In this document: positions 13,220-24,512 of the stretch, piece by piece
How the letters are laid out: each line of letters starts with the position of its first letter
Numbering within the stretch: position 1 is the first letter of the stretch
DNA from: the human T2T-CHM13v2.0 reference genome, Homo sapiens
Assembly: GCF_009914755.1 (NCBI RefSeq)
Contig: NC_060925.1
DNA length: 64,000 bases
Direction: 5' to 3' (one strand)
The notes under the pieces: model-generated
Seen by the model: only the letters and a program-made list of their open reading frames with translations
Databases searched by the model: none
Told to the model about the DNA's origin: nothing
Translations under genes and position numbers: made by a program

Positions 13220-16200
13220 CCCCACCTGTGGTCTTCCCCATCTCTGTTAATGAATCTTTATGGTCATTCAGGTTGTTCCCCCACTGATGCCCTACATCTT
13301 ATTTTATTTGTAAAATGTAAGTCTTATTGGTTCTAGGATCCAAACATATCTATATTCTGCTCACTTCTCTCTGCCTCTACTGCTACCACCCTACTTCCAA
13401 GCCATCGCTAAATTCCCACAGTTTCTCTAACAGTTCAACTTGCTTCCACTCTTGCCAGAGAGAGCCTTTAAAAACTAAGTCAGATAATGTCACTGATCTG
13501 CAGCTTCTCATCTCATTGACTATAAAGCTAAAGTTTTACATGATTTCTCCCCACCGCCTACCTCTACCCAGACCTCCAACCTTGTCTCTCAAAAATCTTT
13601 CCCTCATTCACTCAGCCCCAGCCACACCAGCCTCCTTATTGGCTCCAGAGCACTCCTGCCTCCGGGATGCTGCCCCTGTTGGGCCCTGTGCCTGCACTCA
13701 TCCTCATGCTGACCTCCTGGTTTTCTCCAGGTTGCTGTGTGAGGCCTTCCCTGGCTACCCCATTTAAAATAAATGACAACCCCCTCCTCCAGCACTCCAT
13801 AAATCTCTTCCTTGCCACATTTTTCTACACAGAATTTCTGAACATTTAACTTGATTTAAATTTCAGATATGTGTTTATTTTGCATACCTTGATTTATATT
13901 TCAGGTGTGTGTTTATTTTGCATAACTCCTCCACCCCCCCACTGGAATGAAAGCTCTAGCAGGGCAGAGATTTTTGCCTGTTTTGGTCGATGCTATACCC
14001 TAGGTCCTAGAACACAGGCACACAAAGAAGCAGTCCAGAAACAGCAGGTGAATAAAAAATCAACCAATAGGAAAGAAGGTAGGAAAGGCATTTCTAGCAG
14101 ACAGGAAGGATGGAAAGCACCAGGTCCACAGACCTGGGACCTGGAGATCTGCCCTGCCTTCCTGTGTTCTCCTCTTGAGATTATGTTGTCTTCTGTAAAG
14201 CGAAGGTTGAACTCCATGCCCTGAAGGCCCCTCCAGCATTAGAATCCCCAGACTTGGACCCTAAGCAGGGTAGAGAGGTGGCCCTGGGGTTACTGGGCCT
14301 AGGGCTCCTGGCAGAGGTAGGGGATGTACGGGGAGAAGGAAAGGTAGCTGGAGCTGAGCATGCAAGTACTAGCCTATGAGAGGAAATGGGCTCACCCTTC
14401 TTTCCCATAGCACTCTGACAGCTCTCTCCCCTTCCTGCCCACTCCACCCCAAGCAGGCTTTCTAGTAAAACCTGAGTGGCAAGAAAATAACTTTGCAGCT
14501 ACTCCAGCAATTTCCAGCGCACCTGTCTTCTGACTTGCAACTCCCCTGTCATCCCCTATGGAAGCCCTGGGCTCTCTCTTACTGGGGCGTACCAGGATTC
14601 AGTGTCTATTGCACATGGTGGACATCTCTGCCCCAGTGGAGAGGGTGGCTTCGGAGCACAGGGACTCGAGCTTGATCAACCTGCTGACTTTGAGAGCACT
14701 GGCCAGCTGCTACACTACTCTGAGCTTCAGCTTCTCCCCTGTAAAGCATAAAGGATTATTACATGAGAGTGAATGAGGGGTTGATGCACAGTGTCTACCA
14801 AACAGCAGGTTTGGAAGGCCTGTTCCCTTTGCACTTTCCTCTGCATTCTTTCCAGGGAGACTTTCCAAGCCCTGTTTCTGTTTATACCTGCATCCATGCA
14901 GGGTCCAGTTAGCTGAGTGCTCACTTGGCATGGCACTGAATTGCACCCACCTCTCAGTTTCTGCACCTGTCTGTCTATCAGGTTAGGAGTTCCCTGACGG
15001 CAGAATCAGGATCCTCTACTACATCTAGAGCATCCTGAGATCAGGGGTTGTATCTCTCTGTCAGACAGGGAGGATAGGCCAGGGCCCTTCCCAGCACACT
15101 GGCTCAGCTGAGATCTCAGAGGCCTGCACATGCCCTGACTTTCAGCATTGTGACCTAGTTTAATGTGAGACAGTAAGCAGGGGACATGTGTCTTAGGGAG
15201 GGAGGGATAGGCACTATTTTCTACTTTGGACCAGACCAATTCATCTAGTAGCCTGGAGCAGTCAGACTGCTTTGTAACAAACTGTCCATAAATACAGACT
15301 AGTTCATGGGGGGCTCACCAGGGCCCATGCCAGGCAGGAAAATGTGGGCAGCTCACTTGTGTTGGTAAAGTCGTGAGCCACACACACACACACACGCACA
15401 TGCACAAACACATGCATCTGAGTGGCCTCTGCAACTGCTTTTAGGAGTATTTGTAAGAGCAATTACGCCTCTCAGGAGGCAGCTGATGCAGGATCAGGTG
15501 TCCCCCACCAGTCTCTAATTAGCAGGGGCGAAAGAAGGAGTGGGGAGTGATAAATCAGGAAGCTGGGCAAAGTCCTGGAAAATCCCTGATCCCTTACAAG
15601 TGTCTGACAACTGAGGACACTTTGGAGGGAGGCTTCATGGCTGGACTTGGTCCCTGCACTCCCCTTTTGTTCTGTGACTGTCTCTTTCTCCCCTCTGAAG
15701 TGTCCCTCCCCCATTCCCTGCACCCAAGGGCCCTGCCACTGCTGGCTGCCTTCAACCAAACTGTGCTCCTCACAGCCCTGCCTTCTTTTTCACACAGCCC
15801 TGTGAAGTCTTACCCCTTATGGTATTTTGCCTATCACCTCCATTCCATGTGCTTGGCTGAAATCGTACCTTATACCTTTGACTTGATGGGCTGTGACTGT
15901 ATGTATACTCCTCACTCTATTGCTAGATTCCTTTTTCCAGATAAAATTTTGTTCCAAACCACTGTCTGTCCTCTGCCCATGCAGATCCCAGGCCCCACCA
16001 TGTACCATCAAGCTCTAGAAATGGAAAGCCACCTTAATGTCCCCATGATTCCCACTCAGGGGAGCATACTCAGTGCACACAGGCCATTATCAAAGCACAA
16101 GACAGAGTCTCATGTCTTGGGCTGAATCGTCACCTGAGGCCCAGCAGCAGCAGACTGGAAGGAGCAGCAAATGGGAAGGCGACCTGGCTCCCCTCACCAC

Positions 16201-16369
16201 GCTACTCCCATGGACTGTGTGACTGTGGGGCTTCATGTTTTTCATGGGCAAAATGAGTTAGTTAAAGCTGATGAACTTTAAAGAACTTACACCTTCAAAA
16301 CTATCTTTAGGTAGGTAACACACTGTAATCCATCAGCAAAACTTTGCAATGGCCCCCAGCGATAAAATA

Positions 16370-16580
16370 GCCAACTTCCTGACTACAACCTATGTGCTAA
16401 GCACATATATTCCCTCACCAAATTCTCACAGAATTCTAAGGAATTGTTAGTATCCCCATTTTACAGACAAGGAAACTGAAATTCATAGAGGTGAAATGTC
16501 TTGTCCAGATAAAAAGACGTGCAGGTGCAATTCAAACCCAGGCCTGTCTGACAGCAAAGCCAGTGCCCACCATTGAACAG
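16370..16580 (-). mobile_element. MIR relic
   Basis: MIR core ATCCCCATTTTACAGACAAGGAAACTGA...ATTCAAACCCAGGCCTGTCTGAC. Confidence 0.75.
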
Positions 16581-17189
16581 TAACATTCTTTCAGATTGGA
16601 TTAGGCTGAAATAAACTTAAACACCAGACCCAGCCAGGAAGTGGAGCTCCCTATTCCCAGGACCAAAGAGGGTCATCCCAAGGGCATTTTGGCTGAATGA
16701 GAGCCAGAGAAAACTGACACTCCCTCCAGAAAACCCAGAACTGGCCATGTTGAGGTAAGTGACTGACTCACAGAGCTAGAATGTGTCTTTGAAGTCACCT
16801 AGTGGAACCTGTCACAGCCATCAGATGCTCAAGCACCTAGCAAAGCAGCCTGATGGGGAGGAGAGCCCCTGACTGGAGGTCAGGACACATGGGTTCCAGC
16901 CCAGCTCTATCACAGCCTCGCTGTAGGCTCTTGGGCAACTCATGTTCTCTCCAGACTTCAATTCCTGTCAGAAGACAGATGAGCCCCAATGGTGAGAAGT
17001 AGGCATAGGTGTGTTAAGAAGCACCTGCATTCTAAGCTACTTGAAGGCAGGGATTGTGTGTTTTCTATTCATAACCCTATCTCCAGTGCCTTGCACATAG
17101 TAGAGGCTCAGTAAGTGTTGGTTGAATGAATACATCAATTATATTAACAACTTTACCTTGTGACCTGGTATTAGGCAAAGGCATTACTT

Positions 17190-17412
17190 CTTTTTTTGTT
17201 GAGGTACAATTCATATAACATAAAGTTACCATTTTAAAGTGAACAGTTCAGTGGTGTTTAGTACATTCATATATTATGCAACCACCAACTCTATGTCGTT
17301 CTATAACATTTTCATCATCCCCATTAGCAGCTACATCCCATTCTCTCCTCCTCTCACTTCCTGGCAACCATCAGTTTGCTTTCTGTTTCTATGAATTTAC
17401 ATATTGTGAATT
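17190..17412 (-). mobile_element. L1MB-type 3' end fragment
   Basis: TTGAGGTACAATTCATATAACATAAAGTTACCATTTTAAAGTG... antisense L1M 3' UTR. Confidence 0.7.
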
Positions 17413-17590
17413 TAAGTTATTATTATTAGTTATTATTAGATAGATAAATAGAGAAGCTCCTATGCACCAGGCGCAGTGTAAGGCATTTCCCATGCATTCT
17501 CTGAGGACTCCTCCATCTCAGACATTCTGCTGCTGGACAGAGAATCAACTGTACAAAATGTGATTTCCCCAACAATGAGCCCAAAGGGGA

Positions 17591-17600
17591 GGGAATTTCC
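17591..17600 (+). promoter_or_regulatory. NF-kB consensus site ~3.6 kb upstream of IVL
   Basis: GGGAATTTCC is an exact match to GGGRNWYYCC; function not shown. Confidence 0.4.
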
Positions 17601-17989
17601 TTTAGTTGGAGAAGGGGGAACTGAGTGTCTCTTTCCTCTACTACTGGCAGCCTTTATGCCTCTGCTCCTCTTGCTGCCACCAAGAGCAGAGCTGTGGCTG
17701 CCCTTCCACAGCTCTCAGATCCAAGAACAAAGGCCAGAACTGGTGACTGAGATCCAGTGATCCAACAAGCCCAGGAGAGAAAGCTATAAGAAGATGTAAG
17801 AGAGGAAAGCAGGTCAGGACAGACAGATCCACCCAGAAGCCCAAAAAGGATGAGTCAGCCCTCTTGGCCCTTTCTTGGTCTCATCTCCCTTCCTTGAATA
17901 GCAGACGGGCACAAAAGGTGAGAGAAGAGCCAAGGTCAGGTCCAGGAAGCAATGGAAAAAGATGAGGAGGATTCAAAGTTTGTGGGGAA

Positions 17990-18307
<318 letters not shown>

Positions 18308-18719
18308 CTAGTGCAGGTTGGCAGGTTGAGGACTGAGAGCCGCTGATGTAGGAGACAGTGCCCTGGGGAGAGGAGGAGGCTTGTGAGAGGGAGAGGAGGC
18401 TAGCAGCCTCAGAGCATGGGGCAGTGCCATACCAGGAAGCAGATGAGGCATGGCTATTCAAGATGAGAATGCATGATTTTCTGGCCCAAGTCACCTTCCA
18501 GGACCATCTGCTATGACCCCTCTGGCAATCTGTTAAGAGCTGTCCTCAGCATCCCTCCCCACAGGACATTGAATCACCATAACCAATTTCTTCTGCCCCC
18601 TACCACTAAGCAACAGCTCAAATAGGTTGCCTCACTCAGGAGAGAGACAAACTAGCCAGCTTCTGCCTCCAAATTTGAAATAGCCAGTGCATCCTTAGGC
18701 TGGGGCAGAGTTGGGGCCA

Positions 18720-19110
18720 AAGCTTCTCCATGTGTCATGGGATATGAGCTCATCCTTATTATGTTGGGTGGGGGTTGGACAGTTACCCAGACTTGTCATG
18801 TGGACCTGGAGCTTATGAGGTCATTCACATAGGCAGTGAAAGAACCTCTCCCATATACGTGAATGCCTGTCTCCCAAATGGGGCAACCTGTGGGCAGAAT
18901 AAGGGACTTCTCAGCCCTAGAATGTTGAGGTTTCCCCAACCCCTCCCTTGCATACACACACACACAAACACTCCCTCAGCTGTATCCACTGCCCTCTTTC
19001 CCACACCCTAGCTTTGCCCAGCAGTCAAAGGCTCACACATACCATCTTCTCCTTAAGGCTCTTATTATGCCGTGAGTCAGAGGGCGGGAGGCAGATCTGG
19101 CAGATACTGA
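18720..19110 (+). promoter_or_regulatory. IVL: IVL distal regulatory region: AP-1 (TGAGTCA 19073-19079) adjacent to Sp1 (GGGCGGG 19082-19088)
   Basis: Motifs lie ~2.12 kb upstream of the TSS. The HindIII site AAGCTT at 18720 is ~2.47 kb upstream, consistent with the established involucrin DRR (AP1-5/Sp1). Confidence 0.85.
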
Positions 19111-21050
19111 GCCCCTGCTAACCCATAAGACCGGTGTGACTTCCTTGATCTGAGTCTGCTGCCCCAGACTGACTGTCACGGGCTGGGAAGAGGCAGATTC
19201 CCCCCAGATGAAGTCAGCAGCAGAGCACAAGGGCATCAGCGCCAAAGTAAGGATGCTTGATTAGTTCTTCAGGGCAGAGTGGGCTGTGCTTCCTCTGCCC
19301 CAGAAAATGGCACAGTCCCTGTTCTATGGGAAAAAGAATGTGAGGTCCCTGGGTGGGCTCAGGGAACAGAGAGGTCATGAGGAGGGGATAGCACTGCAGA
19401 AACCAAGGGTGCCTTGTGAGTCCTCCCTCTGTCTTTTTAGGCATGATCCAGGAACATGACAAAATTAGTGCTTTAAATAGATTTACTTGGGGCTAAGAGA
19501 AATGTGCCTGTCAGGAAAACTATGGGGAATCAGGACACTTCTCAAAATTAGCCCCACTGAGTATTGTCTTTATAATTCCTTCTTTTTGGATTAGATTGTA
19601 AAAAAGAGAGTGTAAATGAATGATGTCCATATAATAAGTTATTAGCCAACCATTAAAAAGAAAGGGAAGAAATAAATCAGTTTGGTTTTTACACACACAT
19701 ACAGACACACACATATAAACATTGATCAACACTGAAATGTTTAATAGTCATTATTTTCGGGTCGTAAAATTCACTGTTCTTCAATGAATACTTGTAGAGC
19801 ACATATTATATGCAGTAGTTTTGATAGGTTCTAGGGGTATAGTGGAAAACATACCAGGTATACGCTGCTCTTAGCTTATTTTCCAGTGGGAAAGATAGAC
19901 AATAAGCAAGTGAACAAATGCAAATAAATTACTCTAGATTGTTATAAGTGAAATTAAGTACCAATCCTTTAGATATGGTACACAGAGAAGGATCTCTGAC
20001 AGACCCCAACATTGACACTGAAGCTGAAAGGCATAAAAGAACCAGAGACCTGGGGAGGGGCCGGTGGGCAGAAGGAGAGCAGGTGCCAAGCCCCCAGGTG
20101 GAGAGCTCTGGGCTCATCTCAGGAACCGAAGGCCCTCAGTGAGGTAAGAATATACCTCTCAGGGAGAGATTGACATGAATTGGGGCCCCAGAAGAAGGCA
20201 GAAGCCAGGTACCCAGGGTCTTTTAAACCACGGCAGTGAGTTTGAATGTTATTTCAAGTGTGCTGGTGCACTGTTGGCACGGGGGAGAGATGTGCTCAAA
20301 TCCCCACTCTGAAAGATTTCTTAAGCTATTTCTAGAGTATGATTTACAACAGGAAATGGATGATTTGATTCTGATCTTTATACCTTCATGCATTTAAAAA
20401 AGTACTTAAGAAAGTAGTTTGGTTTGTCATTATAAAAAGCAATACTTATTTTTATATTGTGTAGATTCAATCTTGTTTCCTTGCCTAGAGTGGGCCGTGC
20501 TTTGGAGTTCTTATGAGCATGGCATTCCTGAGAACTTCTCTAACTGCAGCCTCGGGCATAGAGGCTGGGCAGCAAGTGGCAGCAGCAGAGGACTCCTAGA
20601 AGCCTTCTACTTGACTCTACTTGGCCTAAAGTCAAACTCCCTCCACCAAAGACAGAGTTTATTTCCACATAGGATGGAGTTAAAAAATATATTCTGAGAG
20701 AGGAAGGGCTTGTGGCCCAAGAGAACACCCCAGAAATACCACCCCTTCATGGGAAGTGACTCTATCTTCAAACATATAACCCAGCCTGGACATCCCCGAA
20801 AGACACATAACTTTCCATTTCATGCCCTTGAAAGTGAATCTTTTGGCCTAATAATGAGAACAAACTCATTTTGAAAGTGGAAAAATTGAGATTCAGAGCA
20901 GAAGTTTGACTAAGGTCACAAAACAGTAGGATGCCTCACTCAGCTCCCTGTGCCTAGGTCAGAAAAGCATCACAGGAATAGTTGAGCTACCAGAATCCTC
21001 TGGCCAGGCAGGAGCTGTGTGTCCCTGGGAAATGGGGCCCTAAAGGGTTT

Positions 21051-21169
21051 GCTGCTTAAGATGCCTGTGGTGAGTCAGGAAGGGGTTAGAGGAAGTTGAC
21101 CAACTAGAGTGGTGAAACCTGTCCATCACCTTCAACCTGGAGGGAGGCCAGGCTGCAGAATGATATAAA
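21051..21169 (+). promoter_or_regulatory. IVL: IVL proximal promoter: C/EBP-like site 21051-21060, AP-1 TGAGTCA 21071-21077, TATA box TATAAA 21164-21169
   Basis: Motifs read directly; spacing (AP-1 at about -124, TATA at about -31) fits the established AP1-1 element. Confidence 0.9.
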
Positions 21170-21194
21170 GAGTGCCCTGACTCCTGCTCAGCTC

Positions 21195-21237
21195 AGCACT
21201 CCACCAAAGCCTCTGCCTCAGCCTTACTGTGAGTCTG
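21195..21237 (+). other. IVL: IVL exon 1 (non-coding, ~43 nt); intron 21238-22426
   Basis: TSS inferred ~30 nt after TATA; donor CTG|GTAAGT at 21238; acceptor CTCTTCTGTCTTTCAG|G ending at 22426. Confidence 0.88.
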
Positions 21238-22445
21238 GTAAGTGTCGGATGGTAGAACCAGGGTTGGGACTCGGGACCTCCAACAGCATACGATGTGGTG
21301 GGGGTGGGCAGCCTGGGTGGGGGTGGGCATTACTCTGGGGCTGGATTCAGCTGGACTTTCATTCTAGGGGGACTCGAGTCAGAGTACTGAGAGAAAAGTG
21401 CCTTGGCACAGAAGTGCAGAACAGAGAGTAATCATCCTATGTCCCATCTTTTCTTGTGACCATATTTTTGGATTTGTGTGTGAGAGAGAATTATGGAAGG
21501 GAGGAGGGGAATAGCATTCAACTTCTTTCCTAAACCTCTTGGGTTTTGACAGACCATCATTTTGCCTTCTTTATGGAGGGAGAGGTTCAGGGAAGAGCTT
21601 CTACCTTTTGGCTATGCTGCACAGAGGGATGGCAGAATGGGGAAACCTTTCTATTTGGAGAAACCTAGGCAGAGCTGGGACAGGAAAACTCAACTTAGAA
21701 GTATAAGACTTGGAAGAACAACCTCCAACTCTCAGCAACCTTCCAGCTCCCGCAGCCCCACCCCAGACACAAGGACTGCAGCTAAACCTCAGAAGGTCAG
21801 GAGAGAAAGCAGCCCTGGGGTTGAATAGGCCAACCTGCTGGCTTTACAGGGGGGAAAACCAAATCCCAGGAGACTAAGTGACATGCCCAGAAACACACAG
21901 CATTCCAATGGGAGATTCAGGCCTAGAGCATGTCCTGTGGCTCCAGTCTGGAGGTCACACCATGACCTCTTAGGTCCTCTCTGGCACGGCCTATTGGTTT
22001 TCTAGGACTTGGTGTTCTCCAAGAGACATTTCATTCCCTAAGGCCTTACTCCTCACTGTGACATAATCCCAGAACGCATCTCTGCTCCTTGGTCAGTGAA
22101 GCGATGAGGGTGGACACAAGGACTAGACAAGAGCAGACAGTGAGCTGGCACCTGACCCACCCTTGCAGAACAGCCCTGCAGACAGATCTCCTTGTTGGCT
22201 CTCACCTGGGAACAAGGAGGCTCCTAGGAGGACCTTTCTCTGCCCCTCCACATTTCCACCCTTCTCTCTCTGCTGCTTTTGGGAAATGATAGTCCAGAGG
22301 TGGTAGAACAGTACCCTGCCCAAGGGAAGAGGGGATGCTAAAAAACCAGATACTTCTGCAGATTCCCAAGGTTTCATCTATTTCCTTTGCCTTCAGCCTG
22401 TGCATCAGACCTCTTCTGTCTTTCAGGTTGACAGTAGCTTCTAAG

Positions 22446-24203
22446 ATGTCCCAGCAACACACACTGCCAGTGACCCTCTCCCCTGCCCTCAGTCAGGAGC
22501 TCCTCAAGACTGTTCCTCCTCCAGTCAATACCCATCAGGAGCAAATGAAACAGCCAACTCCACTGCCTCCCCCATGCCAGAAGGTGCCTGTCGAGCTCCC
22601 AGTGGAGGTCCCATCAAAGCAAGAGGAAAAGCACATGACTGCTGTAAAGGGACTGCCTGAGCAAGAATGTGAGCAACAGCAGAAGGAGCCACAGGAGCAG
22701 GAGCTGCAGCAACAGCACTGGGAACAGCATGAGGAATATCAGAAAGCAGAAAACCCAGAGCAGCAGCTTAAGCAGGAGAAAACACAAAGGGATCAGCAGC
22801 TAAACAAACAGCTGGAAGAAGAGAAGAAGCTCTTAGACCAGCAACTGGATCAAGAGCTAGTCAAGAGAGATGAGCAACTGGGAATGAAGAAAGAGCAACT
22901 GTTGGAGCTCCCAGAGCAGCAGGAGGGGCACCTGAAGCACCTAGAGCAGCAGGAGGGACAGCTGAAGCACCCGGAGCAGCAGGAGGGGCAGCTGGAGCTC
23001 CCAGAGCAGCAGGAGGGGCAGCTGGAGCTCCCAGAGCAGCAGGAGGGGCAGCTGGAGCTCCCAGAGCAGCAGGAGGGGCAGCTGGAGCTCCCAGAGCAGC
23101 AGGAGGGGCAGCTGGAGCTCCCACAGCAGCAGGAGGGGCAGCTGGAGCTCTCTGAGCAGCAGGAGGGGCAGCTGGAGCTCTCTGAGCAGCAGGAGGGGCA
23201 GCTGGAGCTCTCTGAGCAGCAGGAGGGACAGCTGAAGCACCTGGAGCACCAGGAGGGGCAGCTGGAGGTCCCAGAGGAGCAGATGGGGCAGCTGAAGTAC
23301 CTGGAACAGCAGGAGGGGCAGCTGAAGCACCTGGATCAGCAGGAGAAGCAGCCAGAGCTCCCAGAGCAGCAGATGGGGCAGCTGAAGCACCTGGAGCAGC
23401 AGGAGGGGCAGCCTAAGCATCTGGAGCAGCAGGAGGGGCAACTGGAGCAGCTGGAGGAGCAGGAGGGGCAGCTGAAGCACCTGGAGCAGCAGGAGGGGCA
23501 GCTGGAGCACCTGGAGCACCAGGAAGGGCAGCTGGGGCTCCCAGAGCAGCAGGTGCTGCAGCTGAAGCAGCTAGAGAAGCAGCAGGGGCAGCCAAAGCAC
23601 CTGGAGGAGGAGGAGGGGCAGCTGAAGCACCTGGTGCAGCAGGAGGGGCAGCTGAAGCATCTGGTGCAGCAGGAGGGGCAGCTGGAGCAGCAGGAGAGGC
23701 AGGTGGAGCACCTGGAGCAGCAGGTGGGGCAGCTGAAGCACCTAGAGGAGCAGGAGGGACAACTGAAGCATCTGGAGCAGCAGCAGGGGCAGTTGGAGGT
23801 CCCAGAGCAGCAGGTGGGGCAGCCAAAGAACCTGGAGCAGGAGGAGAAGCAACTGGAGCTCCCAGAGCAGCAAGAGGGCCAGGTGAAGCACCTGGAGAAG
23901 CAGGAGGCACAGCTGGAGCTCCCAGAGCAGCAGGTAGGACAGCCAAAGCACCTGGAACAGCAGGAAAAGCACCTAGAGCACCCAGAGCAGCAGGACGGAC
24001 AACTAAAACATCTGGAGCAGCAGGAGGGGCAGCTGAAGGACCTGGAGCAGCAGAAGGGGCAGCTGGAGCAGCCTGTGTTTGCCCCAGCTCCAGGCCAGGT
24101 CCAAGACATTCAACCAGCCCTGCCCACAAAGGGAGAAGTATTGCTTCCTGTAGAGCACCAGCAGCAGAAGCAGGAGGTGCAGTGGCCACCCAAACATAAA
24201 TAA
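22446..24203 (+). CDS. IVL: Involucrin, 585 aa, cornified-envelope precursor and transglutaminase substrate
   Basis: MSQQHTLPVTLSPALSQELLK...QEVQWPPKHK; Gln/Glu-rich decapeptide repeats. The ATG is 19 nt into exon 2; the 37 upstream codons of the 622-aa ORF are intron/UTR. Confidence 0.99.
   Translation: MSQQHTLPVTLSPALSQELLKTVPPPVNTHQEQMKQPTPLPPPCQKVPVELPVEVPSKQEEKHMTAVKGLPEQECEQQQKEPQEQELQQQHWEQHEEYQKAENPEQQLKQEKTQRDQQLNKQLEEEKKLLDQQLDQELVKRDEQLGMKKEQLLELPEQQEGHLKHLEQQEGQLKHPEQQEGQLELPEQQEGQLELPEQQEGQLELPEQQEGQLELPEQQEGQLELPQQQEGQLELSEQQEGQLELSEQQEGQLELSEQQEGQLKHLEHQEGQLEVPEEQMGQLKYLEQQEGQLKHLDQQEKQPELPEQQMGQLKHLEQQEGQPKHLEQQEGQLEQLEEQEGQLKHLEQQEGQLEHLEHQEGQLGLPEQQVLQLKQLEKQQGQPKHLEEEEGQLKHLVQQEGQLKHLVQQEGQLEQQERQVEHLEQQVGQLKHLEEQEGQLKHLEQQQGQLEVPEQQVGQPKNLEQEEKQLELPEQQEGQVKHLEKQEAQLELPEQQVGQPKHLEQQEKHLEHPEQQDGQLKHLEQQEGQLKDLEQQKGQLEQPVFAPAPGQVQDIQPALPTKGEVLLPVEHQQQKQEVQWPPKHK
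22905..24065 (+). repeat. IVL: IVL coding tandem repeat: 39 units of 30 bp (one unit of 21 bp)
   Basis: Counted 38 ten-codon units (KHLEQQEGQL / ELPEQQEGQL types) plus one 7-codon unit EQQERQV. Confidence 0.95.
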
Positions 24204-24506
24204 CCACCCGCAGTGTCCAGAGGCCCTCAGATCGTCTCATACAAGGGAAGAGAGAGCCACTGGCTCCACTTATTTCGGGTCCGCTAGGTGGCCCGTCTCA
24301 TCTGTGAACTTGACTCTGTCCCTCTACATGTCTCTTTAATGGGGTGAGGGTGGGGGAGAGAGGGAATTATTGTCCAGTGCCAACCCCAATGACCCCAATC
24401 CCAACCTCAGGTGAGCAGAGCCTCTACTTGAGGGACTATTGTTACTATAGGAATCCTTACTTCCCCAGTATTGAAGCTGAATCAGTGAGTGTGTACAATG
24501 ATACAT

Positions 24507-24512
24507 AATAAA
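24507..24512 (+). terminator. IVL: IVL polyadenylation signal AATAAA
   Basis: First AATAAA noticed after the stop (~300 nt downstream), followed by T-rich sequence. Confidence 0.85.

Noticed and set aside
15547-16125. 192-aa ORF
   Set aside because: Non-ATG start, no recognisable domain or gene structure.
22335-22445. 37-aa N-terminal extension of involucrin in the 622-aa ORF
   Set aside because: The ATG lies in intron 1, upstream of the acceptor at 22426; the established protein starts MSQQ at 22446.
22905-24065. 30-bp periodic array superficially like CRISPR
   Set aside because: Contiguous coding repeats without unique spacers, in eukaryotic DNA.
22861-24240. Long antisense ORFs over IVL (Cys/Ser-rich 257 aa, Leu-rich 192 aa, Ala/Pro-rich 275 aa)
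   Set aside because: Shadow ORFs of the stop-poor 30-bp repeat; no promoter or splice support seen.
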